Assembly (NCBI GenBank): GCA_021783695.1
Contig: JAJXTO010000012.1
Coordinates: 9,857 to 73,856, forward strand
Reading direction: 5' to 3'
DNA: 64,000 bases
Origin: Pseudomonadota bacterium
GTDB taxonomy: Bacteria > Pseudomonadota > Gammaproteobacteria > Burkholderiales > Burkholderiaceae_C
Below are positions 31,666-41,394 of this stretch, in pieces. The notes under the pieces are model-generated. The model searched no databases. It was not told the origin of the DNA and saw nothing but the letters and a program-made list of their open reading frames with translations. The number at the start of each line of letters is the position of its first letter. Positions within the stretch are counted from its first letter, which is position 1. The position numbers and the translations under genes were made by a program.

Positions 31666-31811
31666 GGGAAGTCCTGTCGGGGTGATTGCGCAATTGTAGA
31701 AAGCGGGGACAGAACCATGCGCCTGCTGAAAACCGGGCTGCGCCAGCCGCAGCCGCACGACCAAACAGCCGCGAGCCACTCGGCTTGCCTTCGCGCAAGG
31801 CCCAAGCCGTG

Positions 31812-32363
31812 TCAGGACGTGCCACCCGACGTTGGCAACACCCCGGCAAGCTCGAGCTGCATCTGCACCATATTCGCCAGCAGCGCAGCGGAAGGCCGCC
31901 CGGTGTCGATGACGAAATGCGCTGTCTCACGGTACAGCGGATCACGCACGCGAAACAACTCATGCAGCTTGGCCCGCGCATCGCCCTGCTGCAACAGCGG
32001 GCGGCTTCGGTCATGCCGAAGACGGTGGGCCAAGTCGTCCGGGCTGGCGCGCAGATACACCACGGTGCCACGCTCATGCAGCGCCTGACGGTTTTCCGGG
32101 CGCAACACCGCCCCGCCCCCCGTGGCCAGGACGATCCCGTCCCGTTGCGTCAAGGCATCAATGACACGGGCTTCGATCTCCCGAAACCCCGCCTCACCCA
32201 CACGCGAAAACAGGGCAGCAATACTGCAGCCCTGTTCCCGCTCGATCTCATGGTCGCTGTCGATGAATTGATACCCCGCACGTTGTGCCAGCGATCGGCC
32301 TACCGTCGTTTTTCCGGCACCCATGAGGCCAATCAAAATCACATTTTTCGCAAAAAAATTCAA
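31812..32363 (-). CDS. aroK: Shikimate kinase
   Basis: [26 protein letters not shown]. Confidence 0.95.
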   Translation of the reverse strand: MNFFAKNVILIGLMGAGKTTVGRSLAQRAGYQFIDSDHEIEREQGCSIAALFSRVGEAGFREIEARVIDALTQRDGIVLATGGGAVLRPENRQALHERGTVVYLRASPDDLAHRLRHDRSRPLLQQGDARAKLHELFRVRDPLYRETAHFVIDTGRPSAALLANMVQMQLELAGVLPTSGGTS

Positions 32364-32377
32364 TTATATTGAATATT

Positions 32378-32875
32378 TCAAGGGCTATAGGTAAATGACA
32401 CCTGCGTTGAATAAGGCGCACTGACTGCTGAGGCCACAGAGATGGGAGGTGTGACGGTCCCTGGTGGCACTAGAGCACCGGTCACTTGAATAGAAACAGC
32501 AGCAGCAACACTCGCTTTCAATACCACTGATGCATTTCCTGATGCATCAGTGGTCGATGCGCAGCCTGGATTCGGCACATTCTGCGTGGTTAAACATTGA
32601 TAGGTTCCAGAGGCTGTGCCTCCAACTGCAAAGAGAACCAGTTCATTGGGCACTCCATCACCATATTTATCTTTTAGGTGATAGGTAACAGTCACCGGCG
32701 TACCTGAAGTTACTGTTCCGCTTGGGTTTGTGGTGATGGTACTGCTCATCGTGGCCTTGCTCCCAAGAAGAGGTGCCCCTGCGCTATTTGCCCCCCCCCC
32801 GCCGCAAGAGGTAAGTGCCAGGGCACTGACCATTCCCACCAAAAAAATCAGGAATTGATTCTGGATCACTTTCAT
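32378..32875 (-). CDS. Lipoprotein with bacterial Ig-like (Big_1/invasin-type) domain
   Basis: GAGG RBS, MKV signal with lipobox LTSC, VTVTYHLKDKYGDGVPNELVLF...TTDASGNASVVL pattern; visibly AT-richer than neighbours. Confidence 0.7.
   Translation of the reverse strand: MKVIQNQFLIFLVGMVSALALTSCGGGGANSAGAPLLGSKATMSSTITTNPSGTVTSGTPVTVTYHLKDKYGDGVPNELVLFAVGGTASGTYQCLTTQNVPNPGCASTTDASGNASVVLKASVAAAVSIQVTGALVPPGTVTPPISVASAVSAPYSTQVSFTYSP
32791..32800 (-). repeat. G10 homopolymer inside the lipoprotein gene
   Basis: Ten consecutive C on the plus strand; coding strand TGC GGC GGG GGG GGG GCA. Confidence 0.9.
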
Positions 32876-32901
32876 ATTCACCTCAAGATTAAATCTAAAA
32901 A

Positions 32902-35145
32902 TCATTGCGACAAATCCGCACTTGTCACAATTTTAGGCGTCAAAAACACCATTAATTCGCTCTTGTTATACATCTTGCTGTTGTTTTTGAACAAATTCCC
33001 CAAGACGGGAATGTCACCAAGCAGCGGCACCTTGTCGGTCTGATTCTGTTCCTGCGAGGTATAGATCCCACCCAGCACAACGGTACCGCCGTTTTCCACC
33101 TGTACCTGCGTGGTCACGGTATTGGTGTTGATGGAGGGAACACCAGCCGTTGAAGCGCCTGGACTGTCCTTGTGAATTTCCACGTTCATGATCACGTTGC
33201 CGTCTGGTGTGATTTGCGGCGTCACATCCAGGCTCAAAACGGCCTTCTTGAAGGTCACGGCAGTGGCGCCGCTGGAGGTCGCTTGCTGGTAGGGGATTTC
33301 TGTCCCCTGTTCGATTGTGGCCTTGCTCAAGTCAGCAGTAATGACACGTGGCGAGGAAATAATTTTCCCTTTGCCGTCCGCTTCCATTGCGGACAGTTCA
33401 AGGTTGATGAAGCGATTAGCTGCGGCATTGAACAGGCTAATGCCCAGCGAACTCGGAGTCGCACCAGCGAGCAAACTGCCAGCCAAACCGAACGCCGGCA
33501 GATTCACGAACTGCGTATCGGGAATATATGAACCGCTGGTCACAGTCGCCTGATTCGTTTGCTCACCAACTCCCAAATAATTCCCGGTTACTGCGATACG
33601 GTTATTCCCTGAGCCAAATCCAGGCACACCGCCCTGAATGCCGCGCGCATCAAGAAATCCGAGCTTCACTCCCAAACTCCGCCCGAACTGATCGCTGGCT
33701 TCGACGATGCGTGCTTCGATCATCACCTGGCGCACCGGCTTGTCGATCTTGGCGATCAGCTTGGCCACTTCCTCCAGTTTGGACGGAATGTCTGTGACGA
33801 AAATCTGATTGGTCCGCGGATCGGCCAGCACGGTGCCGCGCGGGGAGAGGATGCGCGAGGTGGGTGCTGCGGCGCTGGACAGGCCCGGCAGCAGGATGGG
33901 CGACGGTGTGGCGGCTGCGCCGGATTGCACACCGCCGGCGGCACCGGTCAGCATGGAGACCACGGTGGCGGCCTTCTGGTAGTTGAGCTGGAAGGTTTCG
34001 GACTTCACGGGCTCCAGCGCGCTGAGCGATTTTTTCGCCTCGAGATCGGCTTTTTCGCGGGCGAGAATTTCATCGCGCGGGGCGATCCACAGCACATTGC
34101 CTTCCTTGCGCTCGCCCAGACCCTTGGCACGCAGAATGACCTGCAGCGCCTGATCCCAGGGCACGTCTTTCAAGCGTAGTGTGAGGTTGCCGGTGACGGA
34201 GTCGCTGACCACCACGTTGAGATGGGTGAAGTCGGCAAACACCTGCAGCAGCGAACGCACATCAATGTTCTGGAAATTGAGCGAGAGTTTCTCGCCATGG
34301 AAGCCGGGGCCGTTGCCTTGCACCAGCGCGTCTGGATTGGGCTGCATCCGACGGAGTTCGACGACGAACTGGTCGTCGGCTTGATAGGCGCTTTGCTCGT
34401 AGTCACCATTGGGCTGGATGACCATGCGCACCTTGTCGCCCATCTGGAACGTGGTGATGGAGGTGACTGGAGTGGCAAAGTCGGTCACGTCGAGTCGGCG
34501 GCGCAGGTCTGCGGGCAGCGAGGTCTTGAGGAAATCGACCACGATGTTCTGACCCTGCTGCTGAATGTCCACACCGACCTGATTGTTGGGCAGGTTGACG
34601 ATCACACGCCCCGCGCCGTCGACGCTGCGCTTGAAGTTGATGGCGCGCAGCGCAAGTTGCTGGGTATTGAGGTTGTCGGCAAAGTGCACGGTCTGCGCTT
34701 GCGGCGCACCAGTGGCAGCCGAGTTGGCAGCGGCCTGCTCATGCGTGGTGTTCAACAGAACCAAAAGACGGTTGCCTTCGATTTGCGTCTTGTAGGTGGC
34801 CGACTGGCGCAGATTGAGCACCACACGCGTGCGCCCCTGGGCTTGCACCACGTTTGCGGAACGCAGATTGCCCTGCTCGAAATTGACGGTCTGGCGCTCC
34901 AGCGTCGAATCCACGCCGGGAAAATCGAGCACGATGCGGGCCGGCTGATCGATGACAAACCCGTTCGGCGCCGCCGCCAGGGGCTGGGCGAGATTGATCT
35001 GCACAATGGTTTCCGTGCCCTGCCGGCTGGCGCTGACATTCTGGATGGCGTTGTTTGCCGCTTGCGCCGGACTGGCGCAGACGCCCAATACAGCCGCTAC
35101 GGCCAAAAGTGCTGCCCCCAGATGCCGTTTGATAGGCGTATTCAT
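32902..35145 (-). CDS. pilQ: Type IV pilus secretin PilQ
   Basis: AMIN domains, LSLNFQNIDVR, VPWDQAL, QVMIEARIVEA, KVPLLGDIPVLGNLF. Confidence 0.97.
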   Translation of the reverse strand: MNTPIKRHLGAALLAVAAVLGVCASPAQAANNAIQNVSASRQGTETIVQINLAQPLAAAPNGFVIDQPARIVLDFPGVDSTLERQTVNFEQGNLRSANVVQAQGRTRVVLNLRQSATYKTQIEGNRLLVLLNTTHEQAAANSAATGAPQAQTVHFADNLNTQQLALRAINFKRSVDGAGRVIVNLPNNQVGVDIQQQGQNIVVDFLKTSLPADLRRRLDVTDFATPVTSITTFQMGDKVRMVIQPNGDYEQSAYQADDQFVVELRRMQPNPDALVQGNGPGFHGEKLSLNFQNIDVRSLLQVFADFTHLNVVVSDSVTGNLTLRLKDVPWDQALQVILRAKGLGERKEGNVLWIAPRDEILAREKADLEAKKSLSALEPVKSETFQLNYQKAATVVSMLTGAAGGVQSGAAATPSPILLPGLSSAAAPTSRILSPRGTVLADPRTNQIFVTDIPSKLEEVAKLIAKIDKPVRQVMIEARIVEASDQFGRSLGVKLGFLDARGIQGGVPGFGSGNNRIAVTGNYLGVGEQTNQATVTSGSYIPDTQFVNLPAFGLAGSLLAGATPSSLGISLFNAAANRFINLELSAMEADGKGKIISSPRVITADLSKATIEQGTEIPYQQATSSGATAVTFKKAVLSLDVTPQITPDGNVIMNVEIHKDSPGASTAGVPSINTNTVTTQVQVENGGTVVLGGIYTSQEQNQTDKVPLLGDIPVLGNLFKNNSKMYNKSELMVFLTPKIVTSADLSQ

Positions 35146-35693
35146 TGTGTGCTCTCCTGCAATTGAAGGGTTGCGGGGTGTTCGACCCAGTCGCCAGTGG
35201 CGTCTTGCACCAGTTCCCTCAAATCGACTTCGCTATCGGTAATTTTGGTGATCTTGCCGAAGTGCTGACCGGCGTATTCGCCCACATGCGCCCGGTACAG
35301 CAAGTTGCCCGCCTTGAGCAGGGCATACTGCCGCCCCTTGACCTTGACGCTGCCGACCATCTGGATCTGGTCAAGCGAATAGGCCTCAAGCGGCTGCTTG
35401 GGACGGGCCAATTCCGCCTGCAACAGCGGGTTGAGCTGCTGCACTTCCTGCTTGACGCCGACTTCGAGCTTTGCGGAAGAAAACGGATCAGTACCGGCAG
35501 TCGGGTCGTAAGTCGCGGGAATGAAAGGCTTGGGCGGCTCGATGGGTTTGATGTGCGGATGCATGCTCGCGCGCTGCTGCGCCATCCAGGCGCGCAGGTC
35601 TTCGTGCTGATGACCGCATGCCGACAGGAACGCAGCCGATAGCGTGGCAAGCACGATCAGACGCAAACGCAGGTTGTGATGCTGCGCGCTCAT
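35142..35693 (-). CDS. pilP: Type IV pilus lipoprotein PilP
   Basis: Lipobox LSAC, DPF, PLEAYSLD, G.YAGQHFG, ELVQD..GDW. Confidence 0.93.
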   Translation of the reverse strand: MSAQHHNLRLRLIVLATLSAAFLSACGHQHEDLRAWMAQQRASMHPHIKPIEPPKPFIPATYDPTAGTDPFSSAKLEVGVKQEVQQLNPLLQAELARPKQPLEAYSLDQIQMVGSVKVKGRQYALLKAGNLLYRAHVGEYAGQHFGKITKITDSEVDLRELVQDATGDWVEHPATLQLQESTQ

Positions 35694-36373
35694 TTCTTGC
35701 CTCCCGTCTTTTTCGCGGTGCTCGCCTGCGCGGCAATTTCATCCGCATCCAGATAGCGGAAGGTTTTGGCGGTGGCGTCCATCACCATGGGCGCACCGGA
35801 TTTGGCAGCGTTGGCGGTCAGGCTGATGTTGTTGAGCGTGACGATGCGCGAGAGCTTGGCGATATCGGTGGCAAAACCCGCCAGATCGGTGTAACCGCCC
35901 TGCAGCTTGATCGAAATGGGCAGCTCGGCGTAATAGGGCTTGACGTCCACCTGCCCTGGCTTGAACAACTCGAACTGCAGCCCCCGGCCGATGCCAGCCT
36001 GGTTGATGTCGGACAGCAGCGCGTCCATCTCGGCCTTGCTCGGCAATTGCTTTTCAAGCAGCGCCACATACTGCTGCACCTGGGCCTTCTGCGCCTTGAG
36101 CAGGTCGAGACTGACAGCTTGTTCGAGCTTGTTTTTATATTGCTCGCGCAGGGTGACTTCTTCCTGCTGCGCGGAGGTGAGCTGGTCGCGCGTGCCCGAA
36201 AGCCACGCATACCAGCCCAGCCCCATCGTCAGCGCGAAGGCTGCGGCGTAAACGGCGTAACGCGGCCACTTGGGCCAGGCGCCCGGATCGTTGGGGTTGA
36301 GGCCGCGAAACTGGGCGGCGATATCCTGAAACACACCGTTCAGGTCGATTTTTGAGAGTGTGGAAGTCGCCAT
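35690..36373 (-). CDS. pilO: Type IV pilus protein PilO
   Basis: DPGAWP, LP...EMDALLSDI, YYAELPI, KLSRIVTL, AKTFRY. Confidence 0.93.
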   Translation of the reverse strand: MATSTLSKIDLNGVFQDIAAQFRGLNPNDPGAWPKWPRYAVYAAAFALTMGLGWYAWLSGTRDQLTSAQQEEVTLREQYKNKLEQAVSLDLLKAQKAQVQQYVALLEKQLPSKAEMDALLSDINQAGIGRGLQFELFKPGQVDVKPYYAELPISIKLQGGYTDLAGFATDIAKLSRIVTLNNISLTANAAKSGAPMVMDATAKTFRYLDADEIAAQASTAKKTGGKK

Positions 36374-36381
36374 AGGTCGCC

Positions 36382-37002
36382 TCACGACTTCGCGGGAGCA
36401 GCCGCTGCGGGGCCGGAACCAGCGCCCGCCGGAGTGGGCCGCTTGAGGGTGGCGCGCAACTGGAACTGCGCCACGACGCGCGCCGCGTTGCCTGCGCTCG
36501 CGGGGGAGATTTGCGAGCGGATTTCGATCAATTCGGGTTTTTCGAGCCAGCCGTTGGGACGGCCGAGGTTGCGCAGAAAATCAGCCACCCGCTCCTGACT
36601 GAGCGCCACGCCCTGGATGAGCACCGTGGCCCCATCCTGCCGGATTTGCGAGAGTTGCACACCAGCTGGCGTGTCCTGCGTCAGGTCGTCGAACAGGTGG
36701 ACGGGCAGATTGCGGTCCGCCTGCAGGCTTTCGACCGCATCTTGCCGCGCACGCAGCGCCTCGATCTCGGCCTTGAGCGAGGCGATGTCCTTGATCTGGC
36801 CGTCGAGCTTGGTGTTCTCCGCCTTCAGAAAATCGTTGCGGCTCTGCTGCTGCGTGATCATTTCACTCAGCACCGTGTAACCCAGCGCCAAGACCAGACC
36901 ACCCACCAGGATGGACGCAAAAACACCCGCATAGAAAGCCTCACGCCGCTTTTTTCGCGTGGCCTCCCGGTGGGGCAGAAGGTTGATCAAAACGATATTC
37001 AT
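36382..37002 (-). CDS. pilN: Type IV pilus protein PilN
   Basis: INLLPHRE N-terminal motif, TM helix, coiled coil. Confidence 0.93.
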   Translation of the reverse strand: MNIVLINLLPHREATRKKRREAFYAGVFASILVGGLVLALGYTVLSEMITQQQSRNDFLKAENTKLDGQIKDIASLKAEIEALRARQDAVESLQADRNLPVHLFDDLTQDTPAGVQLSQIRQDGATVLIQGVALSQERVADFLRNLGRPNGWLEKPELIEIRSQISPASAGNAARVVAQFQLRATLKRPTPAGAGSGPAAAAPAKS

Positions 37003-37021
37003 GACAGGTCCCGTTTCTGCC

Positions 37022-38101
37022 TCATTGCATGAAACGCCGCATTGCCAGGCCGCAGCAGGTCAGGTAGGACGGCGCCTGACTGCGCAATTTTTTCTCGCGA
37101 ACCGTTTCGGCAACCGCCATGCCTTCGAAGGGATTGATCACCATGCAGGCGACGGAGGCCGTCGCCGTGATTTTTTCCGCGAGCCCGGGCAAGGCCGAAG
37201 AGCCACCAGCCAGCAGGATGTAATCGACCCGGCCGAAGGGCGTGGCGCGATAGAAGAACTGCAGCGCCCGCGCCACTTCCTGCGTGAGGCTGTCCATATA
37301 GGGAGCGAGAACCTGCGTGGGGTAGTCGTCGGGCAGGTCGGCCGCGCGTTTTTTGGTCTCCGCTTCTTCCAGCGAAAAACCGTAGGTGCGGGCGATCATC
37401 TGGGTGAGTTGCGCGCCGCCAAAAGCCTGATCGCGGTCGTACAGCGTTTCGCCGTTGCGCAACACCTGCAGGCTGGTGGACGTTGCGCCCACCTCAAACA
37501 GGGCGACGAGCAGATCCAGGCCGGCGCGAGGCAGACGTTCGATGAGGCGCTGGGCGGCCAGACGGGATGCGAACGCCTCGATATCCATGACCACAGGCTT
37601 GAGTCCGGCGGCTTCCGCGACGCCGCGGCGGTCATCCACCTTTTCGCGGCGGGACGCGGCGATCAGCACTTCCTGGTCGCCTGGGGATGTGGCACTGGGG
37701 CCGAGAACGCTGAAATCGAGCGCGACTTCGTCGATGGCGAAGGGAATGTATTGATTGGCTTCGCTTTCCACCTGCACTTCGATTTCCTCCTCGCGCAGTT
37801 CGCCGGGAAGAACGATTTTTTTGGTGATGACGGCAGACGGCGGCAGGGCCATGGCGACCTGCTTGGCCTTGGTGCCGCTTTTGCGCACGACCTTGCGCAC
37901 GGCCTCGACCACATCGTCGAGTTTTTCGATATTGCCATCGACCACGGATCCCTTTTCGAGCGGCTCCATGGCAGCGCGCAGCAAGGTGTACTGGCCGCGG
38001 TCGTCCATGTCGAGTTCAACAAGCTTGACGCTGGAACTGCTGATGTCCAGCCCGATCATCGGCGCGTGGCGCTTGCGAAACAGACTGCCTAATGTGGCCA
38101 C
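37022..38101 (-). CDS. pilM: Type IV pilus protein PilM
   Basis: GLDISSSSVKLVEL, YIPF...EV.LDF, FGGAQLT, LAGG; probable GTG start. Confidence 0.95.
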   Translation of the reverse strand: MATLGSLFRKRHAPMIGLDISSSSVKLVELDMDDRGQYTLLRAAMEPLEKGSVVDGNIEKLDDVVEAVRKVVRKSGTKAKQVAMALPPSAVITKKIVLPGELREEEIEVQVESEANQYIPFAIDEVALDFSVLGPSATSPGDQEVLIAASRREKVDDRRGVAEAAGLKPVVMDIEAFASRLAAQRLIERLPRAGLDLLVALFEVGATSTSLQVLRNGETLYDRDQAFGGAQLTQMIARTYGFSLEEAETKKRAADLPDDYPTQVLAPYMDSLTQEVARALQFFYRATPFGRVDYILLAGGSSALPGLAEKITATASVACMVINPFEGMAVAETVREKKLRSQAPSYLTCCGLAMRRFMQ

Positions 38102-38444
38102 TGAAGACCCCCCGATTGGATTTGCAACATTGTGCGCAGAATCGAAGGCCAGCTTTTGGGCGCATCGAAATGCGTGCCGACCTCCGTTCGCGCTACGGAT
38201 TGTTTGTGCTGCGAATGCATATTTTTTCTTCGATCCTAACAACAAGTCCTTGATTCAATAACGTGTAAACCCCGGCTTGGCGCAAAAGCGTTGCAAAACT
38301 CCCACGACGCCCGCGACGATGTGTCTTGTGCATTCTTACGGCACAAGAGCGCGGATTTTTATAATTTGCAACAAAATTTCTCGCCTACCATCCTGATGCC
38401 CTGGAGCCGGAACTGCGGCAGGCTCTTTCCGTCCATCTGACTTC

Positions 38445-40814
38445 ATGCGCACATCCTCCAACTCGCCCCCGACCTCAGCGCCACATCGTGCGCGTATGCC
38501 CTGGTGGTCGCGCGCCCTGATCGGTTTCGCGGTTGCCGCGGTCGGGCTCTTGCTGGCCGCGGCACTCACCGTGGGGCTGGTGCTGGCATTCAGTTGGCCG
38601 CGTCTGCCCGATATCTCGGAGCTGCAGAACTACCAGCCGCAAATCCCGCTGCGGGTCTATTCAGCCGATGGCCAGCTGCTCGGCGAATTTGGCGAGGAGC
38701 GACGGGTGTTTGTGCCGATCGGACAGATGCCCGACCTGATGAAAAAGGCGGTGCTGGCCACAGAGGACGACCGCTTCTATCAGCATGGCGGCATCGACTG
38801 GCCGGGCGTCGCCCGCGCCTTGCTGGCCAACCTGGAGCGCTCGCGCAGCCAGGGGGCGTCGACCATCACCATGCAGGTGGCGCGCAATTTCTATCTGTCG
38901 CGCGAAAAAACCTTCACCCGCAAGCTGTTCGAGGTGCTGCTTGCACTGAAAATCGAGCAGCAGATGAGCAAGGACCAGATCCTGCAGCTCTACATGAACC
39001 AGATTTTCCTGGGGCGCAAAGCCTACGGTTTTGGCGCTGCGGCCCAGGCCTATTTCGGCAAGCCGCTCGATCGACTCTCGCTCGCGCAAATGGCCATGCT
39101 GGCAGGTTTGCCCAAGGCGCCCTCGGCCTACAACCCCATCAGCAACCCACAGCGCGCGCGGCAGCGTCAGTTGCACGTTCTGGCGCGCCTGCAGCAGCTC
39201 GGCTGGATCAGCCCGACGCAAGCGCAGCAGGCGCGCGACGAGCCGCTGGCGCTGCGCACCGCGCAGCCCGACCAGGACATCCACGCGGGCTACATCACAG
39301 AGACCGTGCGTCAGATGGTGTTCGACCGCTATCAGGAAGCCGCCTATACCCGCGGGCTGAACGTCTACACCACCATCCGCGCCCGCGACCAGTTCGCCGC
39401 ATGGAAGGCGGTGCAGGCCGGCGTGCTGTCTTATGAGCTGCGGCAGCCGTATCGCGGTCCGGATGCGTTCATCGATCTGCCCAGCGCGGTCGATGCCATT
39501 CCGGACGCGATCGAGCAGGCCTGCGCCGACCGCACACCCGCCGACGGCATGCAGTGCAGTGTGGTGCTCAGCGCCACGCCCACGCTGGTGAAGGTGATGA
39601 CGGGAGCGGGGCAGAGGATCTCCGTCTCGGGCGCCGGACTGCGCCAGGTGCGCGCGCTCGGGCTGACGGACAAGGCTCAGCCGACCACCAAACTGCGCGC
39701 CGGCGCGGTGGTCTGGCTGGCGGCAGACGGTCAGGATCAATGGGTCATCACGCAGTTGCCGCAGGTGCAGTCGGCATTCGTGTCGATGAATCCGAACAAC
39801 GGCGCCCTTGTCGCCATGGTGGGCGGAATGGATTTCGCCCGCAACAAGTTCAACCACGCCACGCAGGCGTGGCGGCAACCGGGTTCGAGCTTCAAGCCCT
39901 TCATCTATTCCGCCGCGCTGGAAAAAGGCATCACGCCGCTGACGGTGGTGAACGACGCGCCGCTGTTCTTCTCCGCGGCGCAAACCGGCGGCGAATCGTG
40001 GGAGCCGAAAAACTACGATGGCAAGTACGAAGGCCCGATCAGCCTGCGCCGCGCCGTGGCGCAATCGAAGAATATGGTCGCCATCCGCGTGCTCGACCAC
40101 ATCGGCCCGAAGTTTGCTCAAACCTGGAGCACGCGCTTCGGCTTTGAAGCCAGCCGCCAGCCGCCCTACCTCACCCTGGCGCTGGGTGCCGGCACAGTGA
40201 CGCCCTTGCAAATGGCGCGGGCCTACAGCGTGTTTGCCAATGGCGGCTTCCTGCTCAGGCCCTACCTCGTCAGCAAGATCACGGATGCACAGGGGCAGGT
40301 GCTGTTTCAGGACAAGCCGCAACAGGCTGGCGACGAGGCGCTGCGCGTCATTTCGCCGCGCAACGCCTATGTGATGGACAGTCTGCTGCAGGAAGTCACG
40401 CGCTCGGGCACCGCGGCGCGGGCGCAGGCCACGCTCAAGCGGCCCGACCTGTATGGAAAAACCGGAACGACCAACGACTTTCTGGACGCCTGGTTCTGCG
40501 GTTTCCAGCCGAGTCTGGTGGGCGTGTCCTGGGTGGGTTACGACACGCCGAAAAAACTGGGCAGCAAGGAAACCGGCGGCGCGCTGGCCCTGCCGATCTG
40601 GATTCGCTACATGCAGACTGCACTGCAGGGCGTGCCCGTGGCCAGCTACGCCCAGCCTGCGGGCCTCGTGGTGGAAAACGGCGAACCGGTTTACAGCAAC
40701 TTTGCCGATGGCTCGGGCGTGCGCAGCCTGGGGCTGAGCGACCCGTTGCCCACGCCGGACGTCACGCCCGATGAGCGCAACTCCATCCTCGATCTGTTCA
40801 AGGGCGGCAATTAA
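38445..40814 (+). CDS. mrcA: Penicillin-binding protein 1A
   Basis: EDDRFYQH, GASTITMQ, RKL.E, SSFKP, SKN, KTG; divergent from pilM. Confidence 0.96.
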   Translation: MRTSSNSPPTSAPHRARMPWWSRALIGFAVAAVGLLLAAALTVGLVLAFSWPRLPDISELQNYQPQIPLRVYSADGQLLGEFGEERRVFVPIGQMPDLMKKAVLATEDDRFYQHGGIDWPGVARALLANLERSRSQGASTITMQVARNFYLSREKTFTRKLFEVLLALKIEQQMSKDQILQLYMNQIFLGRKAYGFGAAAQAYFGKPLDRLSLAQMAMLAGLPKAPSAYNPISNPQRARQRQLHVLARLQQLGWISPTQAQQARDEPLALRTAQPDQDIHAGYITETVRQMVFDRYQEAAYTRGLNVYTTIRARDQFAAWKAVQAGVLSYELRQPYRGPDAFIDLPSAVDAIPDAIEQACADRTPADGMQCSVVLSATPTLVKVMTGAGQRISVSGAGLRQVRALGLTDKAQPTTKLRAGAVVWLAADGQDQWVITQLPQVQSAFVSMNPNNGALVAMVGGMDFARNKFNHATQAWRQPGSSFKPFIYSAALEKGITPLTVVNDAPLFFSAAQTGGESWEPKNYDGKYEGPISLRRAVAQSKNMVAIRVLDHIGPKFAQTWSTRFGFEASRQPPYLTLALGAGTVTPLQMARAYSVFANGGFLLRPYLVSKITDAQGQVLFQDKPQQAGDEALRVISPRNAYVMDSLLQEVTRSGTAARAQATLKRPDLYGKTGTTNDFLDAWFCGFQPSLVGVSWVGYDTPKKLGSKETGGALALPIWIRYMQTALQGVPVASYAQPAGLVVENGEPVYSNFADGSGVRSLGLSDPLPTPDVTPDERNSILDLFKGGN

Positions 40815-40827
40815 GGCAACGCGGAAC
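40814..40827 (+). repeat. 14-mer AGGCAACGCGGAAC, copy 3
   Basis: Starts at the last base of the mrcA TAA, in the gap before convergent cyaY. Confidence 0.75.
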
Positions 40828-40851
40828 TGCCGCCGATGACCCGCCCTGCCG

Positions 40852-41178
40852 TCACAGCGTGGGGAGGTTCAGCGGCGGCGCCTCCAGGGTGTCCATGACC
40901 CGCCGCAAGGCCGCACCCAGCGTTTCCCCGGTGCGGGTGTCGCACCAATGGCTGCCGCTCCACACATAGTGGTGCGCCCCGGCGCGCGATGCCAGCCAGA
41001 GTTGATGCATGGGCTGCTGCAGGTTGACGATGACCTGATCACCCCCGTCGAGTTCCAGACGCAGCACGGAGCCATCGCGTTTGGAGTCGAGGTCGGCGGC
41101 GTCGGCAGCGGCTTCGATTGCAGCCATCGCCTGTTCGGCGATCTGCAGGTAACGGGTGTCGTCGAGGGTGTCTGACAT
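40852..41178 (-). CDS. cyaY: Frataxin-like iron donor CyaY
   Basis: G.VL.L, IVN.Q.PMHQLWLASRAGAHHY; cyaY-lptM-lysA synteny. Confidence 0.9.
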   Translation of the reverse strand: MSDTLDDTRYLQIAEQAMAAIEAAADAADLDSKRDGSVLRLELDGGDQVIVNLQQPMHQLWLASRAGAHHYVWSGSHWCDTRTGETLGAALRRVMDTLEAPPLNLPTL

Positions 41179-41213
41179 GGCTGGATGAAGGGTGGCTGAT
41201 ACACTGATTTTCA

Positions 41214-41366
41214 ATGAACACACAGCTTAATCGACCCCGTTTTTCGCGCACCGTCGCACGCCTGATGGCCGCAACGTGCGTGATTGCTTTGCTCGCTGGC
41301 TGCGGCCAGACTGGGCCCTTGTATTTGCCCGCACCCGCGCCGACGGCTTCCGCAGCCCATCCCTGA
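41214..41366 (+). CDS. lptM: Small lipoprotein LptM (YifL/LppL)
   Basis: Manual translation MNTQLNRPRFSRTVARLMAATCVIALLAGCGQTGPLYLPAPAPTASAAHP; CG..GPLYLP signature; below the ORF track size cut-off. Confidence 0.85.
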   Translation: MNTQLNRPRFSRTVARLMAATCVIALLAGCGQTGPLYLPAPAPTASAAHP

Positions 41367-41394
41367 ATCTTCGCTTCACCACTCCGCCTGCCTG

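Noticed and set aside
38277-38294. Sigma54-like TTGGCGC...TTGC between pilM and mrcA
   Set aside because: GG to GC spacing is 12 nt rather than the required 10.
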